A model generated the notes under the pieces. That model was given only the letters and a program-made list of their open reading frames with translations, searched no databases and was not told where the DNA came from. A stretch of 61,911 nt of DNA, counting the filler, from Cladosporium halotolerans (lineage: Eukaryota): the NCBI RefSeq assembly GCF_011745625.1. It is 6 parts of 6 records of this genome, joined end to end, with 100 filler letters (N's around TTAATTAATTAA, not from the genome) between each part and the next. Parts side by side here need not be neighbours in the genome. Positions count along the whole stretch, not along the records: positions 31,555 to 41,740 come from NW_027191597.1; positions 41,841 to 51,863 come from NW_027191598.1; 4 more parts are not named here. One strand, 5' to 3'. Of the stretch, positions 34,101-46,100 are shown one piece after another. Every line of letters begins with the position of its first letter. The first letter of the stretch is position 1. A program made the translations under genes and the position numbers.

Positions 34101-36735
34101 TATCGTAGTCGTCAGTGCAAGGATGCATCCGCACGGGATATCATCCCTGCACGTGGAAGACCGCGAAGGGCATCCTCCTACGCAAACAGGGCAAACCCAC
34201 GTACAGCGTCGCGAAAGCATATCGGATCATCAGCCTGCTTAGCTGTCTTGGGAAAGTGGTCGAGAGGGCGGTCGCAACTTGGATCGCGTCCTACTGCGAA
34301 ACAAACGACATCTTCCATCGAGGCCAGTTCGGCTGCCGACGGGGAAGGGGAACGTCAGACGCAGTGACCCAGCTCGTTGCAAAAGTCGAGAGTGCATGGA
34401 GCCAGAAACGAGTAGCGCTCGCGCTGCTCCTGGATGTCAAAGGCGCTTTTGACCGGGTCAACAAACAAAAACTCATCTGGCGGATGATACAAGTCGGTAT
34501 AGCGGGCAACATGGTGCGCTGGGTGGACTCGTTCTTGTCAGACCGCAAGGCCATGTTGGTGATCGACGGAAGGACGGGCGAGACCCGCAGTATCCAAGCA
34601 GGCCTGCCGCAAGGATCACCGATATCGCCGATACTGTTCATCCTGTCCGTCAGCGAAATGTTCCAGTGGCTAGAAGATAGACACGCGAGACTTCAAGCCA
34701 TATCATTCGTGGACGACGTTGGGCTAGTGGCAGAGTGCCACGACCTGGACGACGGCGCAAGGCAGCTCGAGGCAATCGCCAGAGATGCGATACAATGGGG
34801 TTCGGATAATAAAGTCGAATTTGAAGTCAGCAAGACCGAAGTACTCATCTTCAGCCGAAGTCGCAGGATCCTACAAGACGCAAAATTCGTGGCCGTCCGC
34901 ATCGGACAGCAGACCTTTACCATCAAGCAGGGGGCGACCAGATGGCTCGGCTTTTGGCTCGATCCGAAGCTGTCATTCAAGACACACTTCGAGAACAGGA
35001 TGGCTAGCGCCAAGGGGGCTCTGCAGCGGGTATCCAGCCTCAGCAGGTGTAATGGCGGCTTGTCCGTCAACTTGATGCGGAGGGTGGCCGTGGCCGCAGT
35101 GACCTCCGTGGCAATGTACGGATCGGAGATCTGGTGGAGGGGCCAGAAAGACCGATTGCGGAAAGTGCAGCTACTGCTGAACAGCCAAGCAAGAGCCATC
35201 ACAGGGCTGCTGAGGTCGACTCCTCGAGCATTTCTACAGGCAGCTTCGTGCTTACCCAATGCCCAAGACCTCCTCGACCACCGTCAGACCAAGTTTGCGA
35301 TGCGGGCGCTCAATGCGGACGGGGACCACCCCACGCACCACCTCCTGCCCGCCAACTTCCGCTTGGGTGAGCTCCACCGTCACGAGGAAGCAACAGGGCA
35401 GCCGTCAAGCATCGGCTGGACGAGGCCGGAGAAGACACACAGATCGTTTGGAAGCAGACTCGCATAGCAGATAGTGAGACACGTCAGCTACGACACCGAG
35501 TATGGATTCCAGCTGCTCCGCAGAGCAGACCCACTCACGGCAAGCCCGGTGGTTCGAACCCAAGGCTACTCGAGCATGCCTCAAAGAATGCAACCGGACC
35601 ACTCGCATCAGCTAACACTGTTTATAAGCACGAAACAGGACGTGAGCTTTGGTGTGGGAGTGGCATGAAGAGAGCGACATGCATGGAAGACGAGAGGGTC
35701 GTCGCTAGGCAAACACATCACAACAGCCGACGCCGCCTTGCACGCGATCGGCATGGTGACGAAAAATCTCGTCTCGACACTTTCGAAAGCAGATCACAGC
35801 CGCGCAGAGATCGTGACAGAGTCGCGGATCGGACTGATCGCCATCGAAGCAAAGGCCAATGGACTCTACCGATCGTTGCTAGCATCAAAAGACACGCGCA
35901 GCGTGTTGAAGATGCGGGCGGTGGAGTGGTCCTGACATGGCTGGAGAACGACGAAGACGTGGAAGGCTACGAACTAGCAAACGCCGCGGCACAACGAGCA
36001 GCAAAGCAACAGTCCAAAGAGATGCGATCGGCCTCGCCGTCGTACGTGAAGCAAGCCGTCGAGGCAAGGTGGAGACCAAAAGCCAAGATCGACGAAGACA
36101 TCGCAAACGCGAAGAAGTCGGTTGCAGCTCGATACCTGCAGCTCAAGTCTGGCCATGCGGTCACAGGAGCCCACCTGCTCAGGATCGGCAAAGTCGAAGA
36201 TGCGCAATGCTGGTGGTGTGGCGGGAGCGGTCAAACAGTTGGCCACCTCCTGCTGCATTGTCGGAAGTGGCGAAGGCAGCGAGACTATGCTGCGGGGGCT
36301 GCGCGCGGAAAAGGTCTCTATCAGCGCCAGGCGAGACCGAGCAGACCTGGAGGGCCTGTTCAGAGACGAAGCCGCTAAAGAAGTCCTCCGGTTCGTCGGA
36401 AACACAGAAGCGGGCAGGCCAATGGCCATAGAAGGGAACAGGGATGACTATTGGGACATTGAACGACTGGATCAGATAGTGGATGAGGGGGAAGTGATAC
36501 TGAGAGACGGAGAAGAGTAAGGGGGAGATTGGGTGTGAAAATGGCAAGAAAGTACGATGGCACAAAGCCCAAACGCGGTGGCGGCTCGGTGAAGTCGGGA
36601 CGGCGAGCTGAACTGTACGAGAAAATATCAAGACGGGAGCATACCTAGAAGCCACATAGATTGTCGCGAAGGTAGCCGACGTGCCATAAGCTATTCAGCT
36701 TGAATGCAGTATGATTAAAAAAAAAAAAGAAAAAA
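34101..36735 (+). mobile_element. 5'-truncated LINE of the same family as 21271-26282, ORF2 inactivated
   Basis: Starts within RT (QGCIRTGYHPCTWK). Stops at 35465-35467 and 35666-35668 plus frameshifts; A-rich tail 36717-36735; 3' UTR motifs shared with the other copy. Confidence 0.95.
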
Positions 36736-36913
36736 GCAGTGTGCACAAAATTGTGGCTGGGTGGCGAAGAGGGTATGATAGACATGTTATCTATTAGGTA
36801 CAGCACCTACGCTGGAGCACGCACAAGAGATCGAAATGCAGCATGGGAAAATCGCTGAACTATCAGGGCCATACAGCGTTGATGGAGTCATCTGATTTGA
36901 AATGCAGATACGT

Positions 36914-38454
36914 TCACTGTCTAGCAAAATTGTCAACCCGAAATGTGTGTGGACCGAAAAGAGGATCTGTTAGAATCTCTCCAGCTGAAGGGCGTTCAGA
37001 AGGGCGGTACCGGAGAAGTCGAAGCAAGAACCCCCCAATTCTCTCTAAATCTGTGTCCGTGAGAGTCGGTGGTTTATCATCATCGTGATATGTCTCGCGT
37101 AGCCAATCTTTAAGGTTCCCGACATCCATTTCAGCCGAATCTGCCTGGTTGTCAATACTATTGATCGCCACCGAAAGGTTATATATCTTGCGGTTGTGGC
37201 CTACCAATATCTTGCAAGGTAGAATACCCCTGCCACTCCGAGGGAAGCTCGCCAAAAGTTCCGATCCATTGGCTGACTAGTTCTTTTTCTTTAAACAGGA
37301 ACGAGTCGAACGGCGGATACCCAACGATCAAGGCAAAGATCTGTCAAATTGTCAGTCCTGCGTAGGCTGCTAGACAATGCATGTACGGACTGTGCAACCG
37401 AGGGACCAAATGTCGGCTTCTTTATCCCATTGGCTTGTTACCACTGCCTCTGGGGCTCGGAACGGGAGCGGGCAACGCATCCTCATTGTGCTCGGGTGAT
37501 GGTTAGAGAAGAATGCGGAGCCAAGGTCTATCACCTTCACCTTGCAATTGGTCGCCGACTTAGGTTGAGGAACCGCTGAAGGAAGTACAAGGTATTGCGG
37601 TAAATGGTTGGTGAGCCTTTGTCCGTGAGACACCCGAACGTCTGCAGTGGCTGGTGCGTCCATTAATGCCACGATTTCTTCGGCTGATTTTCCCAAAACG
37701 GTTGGGGTCAAAAGCGCGATGTTTCCCGGATGTAGATCTATACATAGCAAATCTTAGTAGAATGAACTTTTCATAAGGGTGGGCTCAGCTTACCACCGTG
37801 TACTATGCCCATATCGTGCATATAAGACGTTGCCTGTACTACTTGTCTGGCCACGTCCCATGCTAGGCCACTTGGAAGCCGGTTGGCCTCGTAATTCTCA
37901 GACATCGATGACATCGATGCGCCAAGGAGCTCCAGAATGAGACACTGGTGCACACCATTGGGCCCTTCAAAGGTAAAAGAATCGAACATTTGTGGCAGTT
38001 TATCCTTTCCTGGATGTTCTGCAGGACCACACGAAAGATGATGATACATGGATGCTTCGTGGTTTTCGTCGCATAACTCCGACACGAGAACTTTCATCGC
38101 TACAGGTAGCCCTAGACTGTGGCTTGTCAGAATATACCCTCTACAAAGAAAGGATCGTACCAACTCGTGATCTTTCCCAAGCCAGACAGTGGCATAACCG
38201 CCCCATCCGAGTTTGTGCAGGACCTCATATCGTCCTGACTTCAGACGGTCGCCTAGATGCAGAGGGTGATAACCACCTGCTCTGTATCGATGAAGAGGTT
38301 CAGCATCAAGCTCACACGTGGCAGCTCCCACAGTCTTTGCCATCGGAACACCCATATATAGAAAACGATGGGTAAGCCCCAAAATATCCCTAAACGACGT
38401 TTGAAGTCTCGACTTCAATGCCACCGATCTGGCGAGGACGCGTAGGCATTGCAT
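36914..38454 (-). CDS. SRPK-like (CMGC) Ser/Thr protein kinase, five exons, apparently intact
   Basis: YRAGGYHPLHLGD, KLGWGGYATVW, VAMKV, HG|DLHPGNI, IDLGSA, FRAPE, DIWSLGCT, RYRPSERPSA. Four GT-AG introns restore a single frame. Confidence 0.9.
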
Positions 38455-38759
38455 TGCATGAGTTTGAGTTTTGTATTGTGAGATAGTGCTTACATAGAGG
38501 GCAGGCTTGCAGGAGTAAAATTGCGATCATGTCACGTGAGTATGTTTAAGCGCCCGGGGTAGCGCGCGCGTACAGTAGCGTGTTTCCAGCAACTTGTGGC
38601 TAGTCCAGTGATATCCACCAGCTGAGCGTTGCCCCGCATTTCATTCATTCATCCGACTTGGAGTGATACGACGACGGGAACATATTTATTGTGCTATGTT
38701 CCCAATTTTTTTTCCTTTTGCCAACATCGCCATTTCGAGACATCCTGAGTATCTCCATT

Positions 38760-39141
38760 ATGACTGGACGCATCCCAACAATCAAGTTCCTTCAACGCAT
38801 CCGTGATGCAAGGAGACGTCGACTGATCCAGAATCTTACGCGCGAAGTCTGGAACACTCCTGATTGCGCACATTTTACGGATGTGCTTGTCAAGTAATTA
38901 ATACAAGCTTGCCCAAGAGCGAGAGCTGTCTGACCACTTCGTTAGAAACCCACTACACACGAGTCATTCTGATTCGAGACCACATATTACCGTCCGTATG
39001 AGGACGGACGACCAGATTTCCAGAGGAACTGGCCAAACTGTCCACATCTACTACGATGCGCAGTCTGAGGCATATGAAGCATTCACGTTGTACTCGGAGC
39101 GGAACGACAAGCCATCAAGCGATGAACCAAAAGCGGAATAA
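38760..39141 (+). CDS. Small hypothetical protein, 109 aa, two exons
   Basis: Exon 38760-38893, intron 38894-38945 (GTAATT..CTGAC..TAG), exon 38946-39141. MTGRIPTIKFLQRIRD..NPLHTSHSDSRPHITVRMRT..QTVHIYY. Confidence 0.7.
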
Positions 39142-39369
39142 TACGATGAAGGATCACTAAGTAGTATAGCCAAACGACTCTTTCTTTCAAATGAAGGCTG
39201 TAACAGATATATTAGAAGCGCGGAAGCAACGCGCGAAGTACGCGCCATTTACGCGTAGAGAAGATGCAAACAGTAGGCAGAAGGTATTTACGCTTCCCAT
39301 GTTTCCCTTCGATCTTTGTTATTTCTCGCCTTTCACGATCCATTTCCGCCGGCCCTGACGAGTGTCCTG

Positions 39370-41546
39370 ATGTCTTCCCGAGAGATCTCTAGCGCTTTAG
39401 ACTACTTCACATGCTTACCAGAGTATCGTGTCATACTATGCAAGACCTGCCACTATTGCGTTTGGCCAGATAACGCGCGTACCCACCTCAGAGAAAAGCA
39501 TAGCAGGCTGCCAAAAGCAGAAAGGGCGCTCATATGTGACGAACTACAAGCCTGGCAGGAAATCTCTCGCTCGCATGAACACTTTGAAGTTCCACGGACC
39601 GTCGACAAGCCTGTAGTTGGTTTACGCTTATTCCAGGACGGGAAGCAATGTCGACTAGAGCCGGAGAGATGCACCTTTGTCTGTCGCGCGATGGACAGCC
39701 TGAAGAAGCATTGGCGAATAGTACACAAATGGAGCGCCACTGGGAGAAGGGGCGGGTCCAGGGCAGCGTCGTCACTTCACGTTTCTCTTCAGAAACAGGC
39801 GGATGCATGGAAACCTGTTTGTTGTCAGCGCTTCTTCCACACAGGACGCCACACAAGCTACTTCACAGTGCTCTCGGAGAGGCGAGTCGAGGACAGTGAC
39901 GCTCGACAACGAGACGCGAATCCGGACTCGATAGCGGCCTCAGTGTTACAGGACCTTGCCATTATTGAGCAAGATCAGGAAAAGCGAGGCAATATAGCAA
40001 GTGAGGAAAAAAGTGAAAAGGAGACTTCTCCTTGGCTGCAACTGACCCGGTGGCTTTCATATCTCAACGGCCACTGCCTGCTCGATGTCGCCGCGTTGGT
40101 GAGACAGCCAGATGCAGCTACTGAGCCAGTGCTACTTTCTATATGCAATAGGCTGGAACGTGTAGTCGAGGATGCATACCATTCCGTCTGCAACGACAGC
40201 ATCAACGTATTTGATCAGGTCCGGATCAACAGCTTCTTACAGCGACCAAGCGCAACTGACCGCCCGCTACTGGTCAAGCTTCAGAGGTCGACATGGCGGC
40301 ACTACACTAGGATTTGGAAGGCGCTTCTCAGTTTCGTAGTTCGAACTGCACAGCCAAGCAATGACATACAACTCCGGCATCATCTAACGAATGGGCAGGC
40401 AGCCAATCTTCAGATGGCAGTGTCAAAAGCGGAAGAAAAGGTTCAATTGTCCGCAAGAGGTGAATTAATCGGAGAAGAAGCAACGTCCGCGCTGGAAAAA
40501 GTCAGCGACCAACTGGACGGCTATTGTCTCGATCTCTGCATATCACTACTAGACCACGACCTCAAAGGAAAGACCTGGACATCCGATTCTGGATTCACCG
40601 TGTTGTTGACGACCCCACGGAGAACCAGAAGGGGTGGAGCTTCTTGCGTCACCCACAGAACCTCCAAGGCCCTCTACCAGATCGAGACGTATGGCTCTTG
40701 AAAAGAGTACTTGAGACCCCGTGGCTCCAGGATGAGTTCATTTGTGCGGGAAGTTCAGCCGCAGAACAACGTTGGAATCAAAGCGTGTGTCAAACATATT
40801 TTCTTCAAGTCGAGGCGTTCCTCGAGCAGCTGCTCCTACTTATTCACCTAACGGCAGGTCAGCCAGCACGAGGCAGCGAGACGCTGAGCTTGAGGCATGT
40901 CAATACTGTTAGCGGCCACCACAGGAACGTTTTCGTCGAGGGCGGCATGGTGAGCACAGTGACAACCTACCACAAAGGCTACAGCACCACTGGTAACACA
41001 AAGATCATCCACCGCTATTTACCAAAGGCGGTCGGAGAGCTTCTAGTATACTACCTCTGGCTCATTCAACCATTTTGCAGAAAGCTAGAGATGCTTGCTT
41101 TGCGTAGAAGAGACCTTCCGTCCCCATTCTTATGGGCGAAGCAAGGGAGCCTCGATCCTTGGGATAGCTCCAGACTCAGTCGCGTACTCCAGCGCGAGAC
41201 GAAGCAAGCATTCGGTGTCGCAATGAACATATCTGTGTACCGACACCTAGCGGTTGCTATCTCTCGGAAGCATCTTAAATGTGGCGGCTTCATACGTGAC
41301 TACGGCTTAGAGGAGTCTGGGGTGGATAGACAAGGCTCTCACACATCGTGGACAGCAGGTACAACATATGCTCGTGGGCTGGAGGAGGCTGCTGGGCACG
41401 TCGAAGCGAGAGAGTCAGAGTATCGCCGAGTTAGCCAAGAGTGGCATGACTTTTTGGGATTTCCCTCAAGCTCTCTGCCTTCACGGAACGGCCGCTGGAC
41501 GACACGACAAATAGAGCGGATAGAGTGTGGCAGAGGCGGAAGATAA
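39370..41546 (+). pseudogene. DUF3505/OrsD-like gene copy 2 with C-terminal tyrosine-recombinase-like domain; internal deletion or frameshift near 40570
   Basis: YRVILCKTCHYCV..HLREKH, CQRFF, SPWLQLTRW, LLDHDLKG; then in another frame GQPARGSETLSL, TYHKG, IHRYLP, SVYRHLAVAI, GSHTSWTAGTTYAR. Confidence 0.82.
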
Positions 41547-41740
41547 GCGGTGAAGTCAGAGTTATACCAAATCAGTAGTGACAGCTGGGGCGGATATTTT
41601 GAAATAGAGATAGAAATGAAACATTAGTTCTCTCTACATCTCCTCCACGCCTGACACACCTCTGTTAAGCTTCTGCGCCATGCTAAGCATCAAACCATCG
41701 ACAAACGACTGCCAGTAGGATAAAAATATTCTTTGTAGTT

Positions 41741-41840
41741 NNNNNNNNNNNNNNNNNNNNNNNNNNNNNNNNNNNNNNNNNNNNTTAATTAATTAANNNN
41801 NNNNNNNNNNNNNNNNNNNNNNNNNNNNNNNNNNNNNNNN
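41741..41840. other. Artificial contig spacer
   Basis: N44-TTAATTAATTAA-N44. Confidence 0.99.
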
Positions 41841-41936
41841 TTGCCATTTCTCAGACAGACAGACAAGCCACCGCTCCTTAGGTAAGCAGACCAGACACTC
41901 CCGAAAATCTTGTCTGTCTGTCTGATGAACACCCTG
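41841..41936 (-). mobile_element. hAT-like transposon terminus
   Basis: Minus strand starts CAGGGTGTTCATCAGACAGACAGACAAG; CAGA/TCTG subterminal repeats in both orientations. Confidence 0.65.
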
Positions 41937-41937
41937 C

Positions 41938-43152
41938 TTGCGGGCCAGAGTTCTTGCCTGCGAGAAGGTACTCACCTTTAGCACTTTCCATGCAGATGTG
42001 GCCCTGCTGGAGCTTTGTCACAACCCTTTACGTCAATTGTGGCCGGGCGGGAAGTGCAGCCTCCGAGAAGCTTGTCGTGCTTCGTTCGCCCGAGACGGCA
42101 AGGCCTTTCTAGCGAGGTACGTCGAAATCTGGTTGTACACCATCAAGAATTATCCAAACTTGAATTTGGTGAGGAGTCACGGGCTGAAGAAGGTTGCCCA
42201 CAAAGCCCCAACGGAATCGATGCTTCACGAGGACCCAGCGGTATCAGCACACGCGTCCTTTGTTCACTCACGCGGTTTCAGATCGGAGGTGATTGAGTCA
42301 CTTCGCATGCGTCGGAAGGAGGTTAAGAAAGGATCAGAGACGCCACGACCGGCCTCAATCGAACGATCTGAAGAGGTCCGCTTGCAGGACCGCTCTGGAC
42401 GTCCTCCGATGACGCTGTTCCGTCACTGGCAGGGGATCACACTCGACGACGTATTGAACAAAGGTAATGCAAAATTGGCAGATCAAGCTTCTCCCCTAGT
42501 GGTCGCGCGGAGCTTCCTCCGGTGTTTCTTTGAGTCTGAAATAATGCTTGACCCAAAAGCTACAGTCAAAACTGAGCTGGGCTCAAACTTTGCAGTCACC
42601 CAAGCAAGAGAATCGTCGAAGGATGACAAGGCTTCTAGAGCGAGCCGCATATCCTTTTGCAATGGGTCTGGGAGATCCGTCAGGTCCCTGGCCCCGCCTG
42701 TGCGCTGTAAAATTGCCGACAACCAGATCCGGGCCTACGAAGCCGTACAAACCATCTCAGATCAACTAGTTCCGCCGATTCCTCGCTTTGAAGAGCGGGA
42801 GCCTCTTCCACCGCCCCCCCACCACGACATACCGGTCCCAACGCAGCATCAAGACTCGCTGCAGGCAAATGATCACATCGATGGCGCTATGGCAGTAGAC
42901 TCGGCCAGCAGTTCCAGAGCAGCAGTTCAGAGCAGTAGGCCGCAAATGCGCCGTCGGGGCGAAGTGGCGCACAAAACACCCATGCCATCTTTCAGAGCGG
43001 CCGGGAGATTGCCGATGTGCAAGGAAGCTACGTCCATCAAAGCAGATCGCATTACTGGCAGAGGGAGAGTTACAAAGTTGCAGCCGCGCACTGGGCAGGG
43101 GCTCCTTAATCTACATCTAGTACACAAGCATCTGGCCAGTCATGCTAAATGA
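41938..43152 (+). CDS. DUF3723-like protein, 5'-truncated at the hAT-like end
   Basis: TFSTFHADVALLELC, YVEIWLYTIKNYPNL, SRGFRSEVI, DRSGRP and SPLVVARSFLRCFF occur in the order I recall for DUF3723, followed by a disordered tail. Extra 3' exons are possible. Confidence 0.7.
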   Translation: MRARVLACEKVLTFSTFHADVALLELCHNPLRQLWPGGKCSLREACRASFARDGKAFLARYVEIWLYTIKNYPNLNLVRSHGLKKVAHKAPTESMLHEDPAVSAHASFVHSRGFRSEVIESLRMRRKEVKKGSETPRPASIERSEEVRLQDRSGRPPMTLFRHWQGITLDDVLNKGNAKLADQASPLVVARSFLRCFFESEIMLDPKATVKTELGSNFAVTQARESSKDDKASRASRISFCNGSGRSVRSLAPPVRCKIADNQIRAYEAVQTISDQLVPPIPRFEEREPLPPPPHHDIPVPTQHQDSLQANDHIDGAMAVDSASSSRAAVQSSRPQMRRRGEVAHKTPMPSFRAAGRLPMCKEATSIKADRITGRGRVTKLQPRTGQGLLNLHLVHKHLASHAK

Positions 43153-46100
43153 AAACAAGGAATGTCACAATGGCAGTAAGCGTTTCTTTTGACCTGCGTA
43201 AGGCTATTGTCGACAGGAAGTTGTGTGGTTGTGGGCCGACGGCGGACAAAGAAGACTCCTGGAGTCTGGTGGGCGAAAGAGGCCTTCAATCACTGGGCAC
43301 GCGTTTGGAGAAAGTAAATCGACAACTGTTTCCACGCATGTGACAAGTACAGTGATGCCATATGACGGTGGTGAGATGCATTCGTAACGTACTGCACATC
43401 TGCCTACAAAAACGATGCCACGGCATAGTACTCTCGCCGCAGCCATGGAATGGCGACTGCGGGTTTGACCCCAGGAGAAGAAGTGCCGAGAAGATGGCCT
43501 GTCACTGGGTAGCATACGATCCAGATCCACTACACCTTGCACGTGCGCTTGGGGAATTGCACGCGCGGTTGAGTGATGAGACCCGCCCACTCGAGTCCTT
43601 GCTTTTATATGTAATCACAACCATCTTCTCCGCATCAGCTTCTTCGCACTTCACACCTTGAGTTACTAACCCGGCGAGCAGCTCAAAGAGCTAACGACGA
43701 AGCGATCCGATCTCTCGTCTCCCGCTTTCTGCCAGCATCAACAAAAGGCATCACTGTAATCAGCGGAAGGATGGGTCTGTGGCAGCTACTTAGCAAATCA
43801 GATCGCGACGTGCACGGCTGACAAGCACAGGACCAAACCGCGTACCATCGACAGCAACCGAATCACACGTTTTCCCTGAATGCTTTGACCAGCCGTGCAT
43901 GTTCTTGTTCGACGAGGAGTACCAGCTGTGGAACAATCGAAAGCCTGCTCCCATCTTCAGCATGCGCCTGATGAGCAAGACTCAGATTCGGAGACGATCC
44001 CGATCTATAGAAGCTGGTAACTTCAGAGAAGGAGAGAAGGGCAACAGCTATACTGCGACAAGTCGGTAGCACCACGGCCACTGACGACTGAGGTTCTGCG
44101 GAAATTGGACAGCCAGACCGACACAAGCGCGCGCACGACAGGCATGAAAATGACAGGGATGAAAACAACAGGTGGACATGACAAGCGGGAACAGAATGTG
44201 GCTGGAGCGAGGAGTTTGTCGTCAAGGCAGGAATCGGCCACGTCTATCTATCATACAACGCAGGACCCTACAACACCTTCTTGATGCTCGATCAGAGTGC
44301 GCAATTATCCTGTGACCGTCCACTGTTGCGGTTTTGGCGTGAGTGCACTCTCACTTGTTTATGTAAGTTACCCAGTTTCTAGATACAGTAGATTCTACAA
44401 GGGAGAGTATCGCAATCTCGGCATGCTGTGATGACGATCTGGCATTGCGCCCTCGTAAACGGGCTTCTCACCACATGGCGGCATTACTAGTACCTGATGG
44501 TACCTGATGGTTGAGAGCCATCGATATTTGCAAGAACTTCCTCAGTCCATCCGAGTCCTTCAACTTCCTCCAGATTCCTTCACCAGCCGTTCGGCTAGGT
44601 GCCGCCCTTGACTGCCGAAGGATCCCAACCGCCAAGATGGTCGCTTCATCCGCAGCAGTTCCGAATCGACTGATTCTTCTTTAGAACCAACCTGATGCCG
44701 TGCTTTGAGATCGAGCTCGACTCACAGTAGATGACATCAAGTCTGCTTCCCTAGACCCTCGAAAGCCTGATCGAGACTAAGCTATCACATCGAATCTTTG
44801 CTATCGCCTAGCAAATTGGCGAAAGCCACGTTTTCATCCAATCGCTGGAGCGCAGAAAGGCCTCAACGAGACTCTGCCATCACTACGCAATTGCGACTCA
44901 GGAATAGACCTCACAAAGGATCAGACCGGAGACTGCAAACGCCGACATTCTCGTGGCTTCGGAAACGCGTGTCTTCACCTCCTCTGGTCTGATACATATT
45001 GCCATGCGGATAGTACGACCATTACGAATTTCCCGGCCGCGACAAACAGTAATACGTACCATGCCATCGTCGGAGTCAACCCGTTTTGCCTTCAACATCA
45101 TGTTGTGTGCAGCATAACTTACCAACACCTCTCACATGTCTTGCCGATTTTCGGTGCCCACTCGTGCTCATCCGGACCGTGTGGTACCAAGTCTTTTGGG
45201 GCCTTCTTTCTTGACCATTCGTCAACTCTGACACAACGCTTGTCAACCCCAATTTTCCGGTTCTTTTGGGGGTCATGACAAAAGCAGTGCCTGCGACTTG
45301 TGGCGTTGCGACGCACCGGAATTTCCAATCCAAACTGCATCAGCGTATGCTTGGCTGGAAACGGACGAAGTCTGATCGCAGCTGCCGAGCATACATACAA
45401 TCTTCATCATCGAAGTCGTGACCGGCAAGGTATTCGACCACGGATGCTCCCCTCATCCGTGAGTCCAGCCTTCTTCCCCAGAAAGTGCGCTTCGACAAAG
45501 CCGCAGCTGGCTCGCATGGGCTTCGGCACGGTGTGAGTCGCTAGCCACGAACATGTGGCTCTGCCGAAGTCGTGCATCATGCGCATGGCACATTCGTTTT
45601 AGCCTAAGTGATTGAATAGTCAGGTAGGTACCGGTGCGCCTTGTACATATTGCACAGATTGGTCCAAGACTTGCAAACAGTTGCCACGGTCTAGAGGAGG
45701 ATAGCGACGCTCCATCCAGGAGAACAGCAATTCCTTGGAGTGTTCGACCTTGTGCGTGCGCGCGTCACTGGCGATCGCAGGCAGAGAGGTTGTGCTGAGC
45801 GGTGTTAACGCTATATCGATCGCTAGAACGATGCAGTCAGTAATCTCATCAGTCGTGGTGACATTTTCCACATTCACGACATGTCCGACTGACATATCTG
45901 TCCACGCCGGGGCACTAGCAATACCTACAGGACCCTTAGACAAATCTTTCGAGAGCCAGGGAGACAGTACTTGTGTATGCGAATCCAAAGACTTTGTCGG
46001 AGCTTGTCAATAGCGCGTCGACATGAGGATCTACCTTGCCTTGTCCAAGCGAGCCGTAGGGTTGTCCGCGATCCCTAAGCTTGCTGTACAAAGTCGACCC

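Noticed and set aside
36737..36746. CAGTGTGCAC matching the TIR start at 53
   Set aside because: Only 10-12 bp of match, with no following repeats or transposase.
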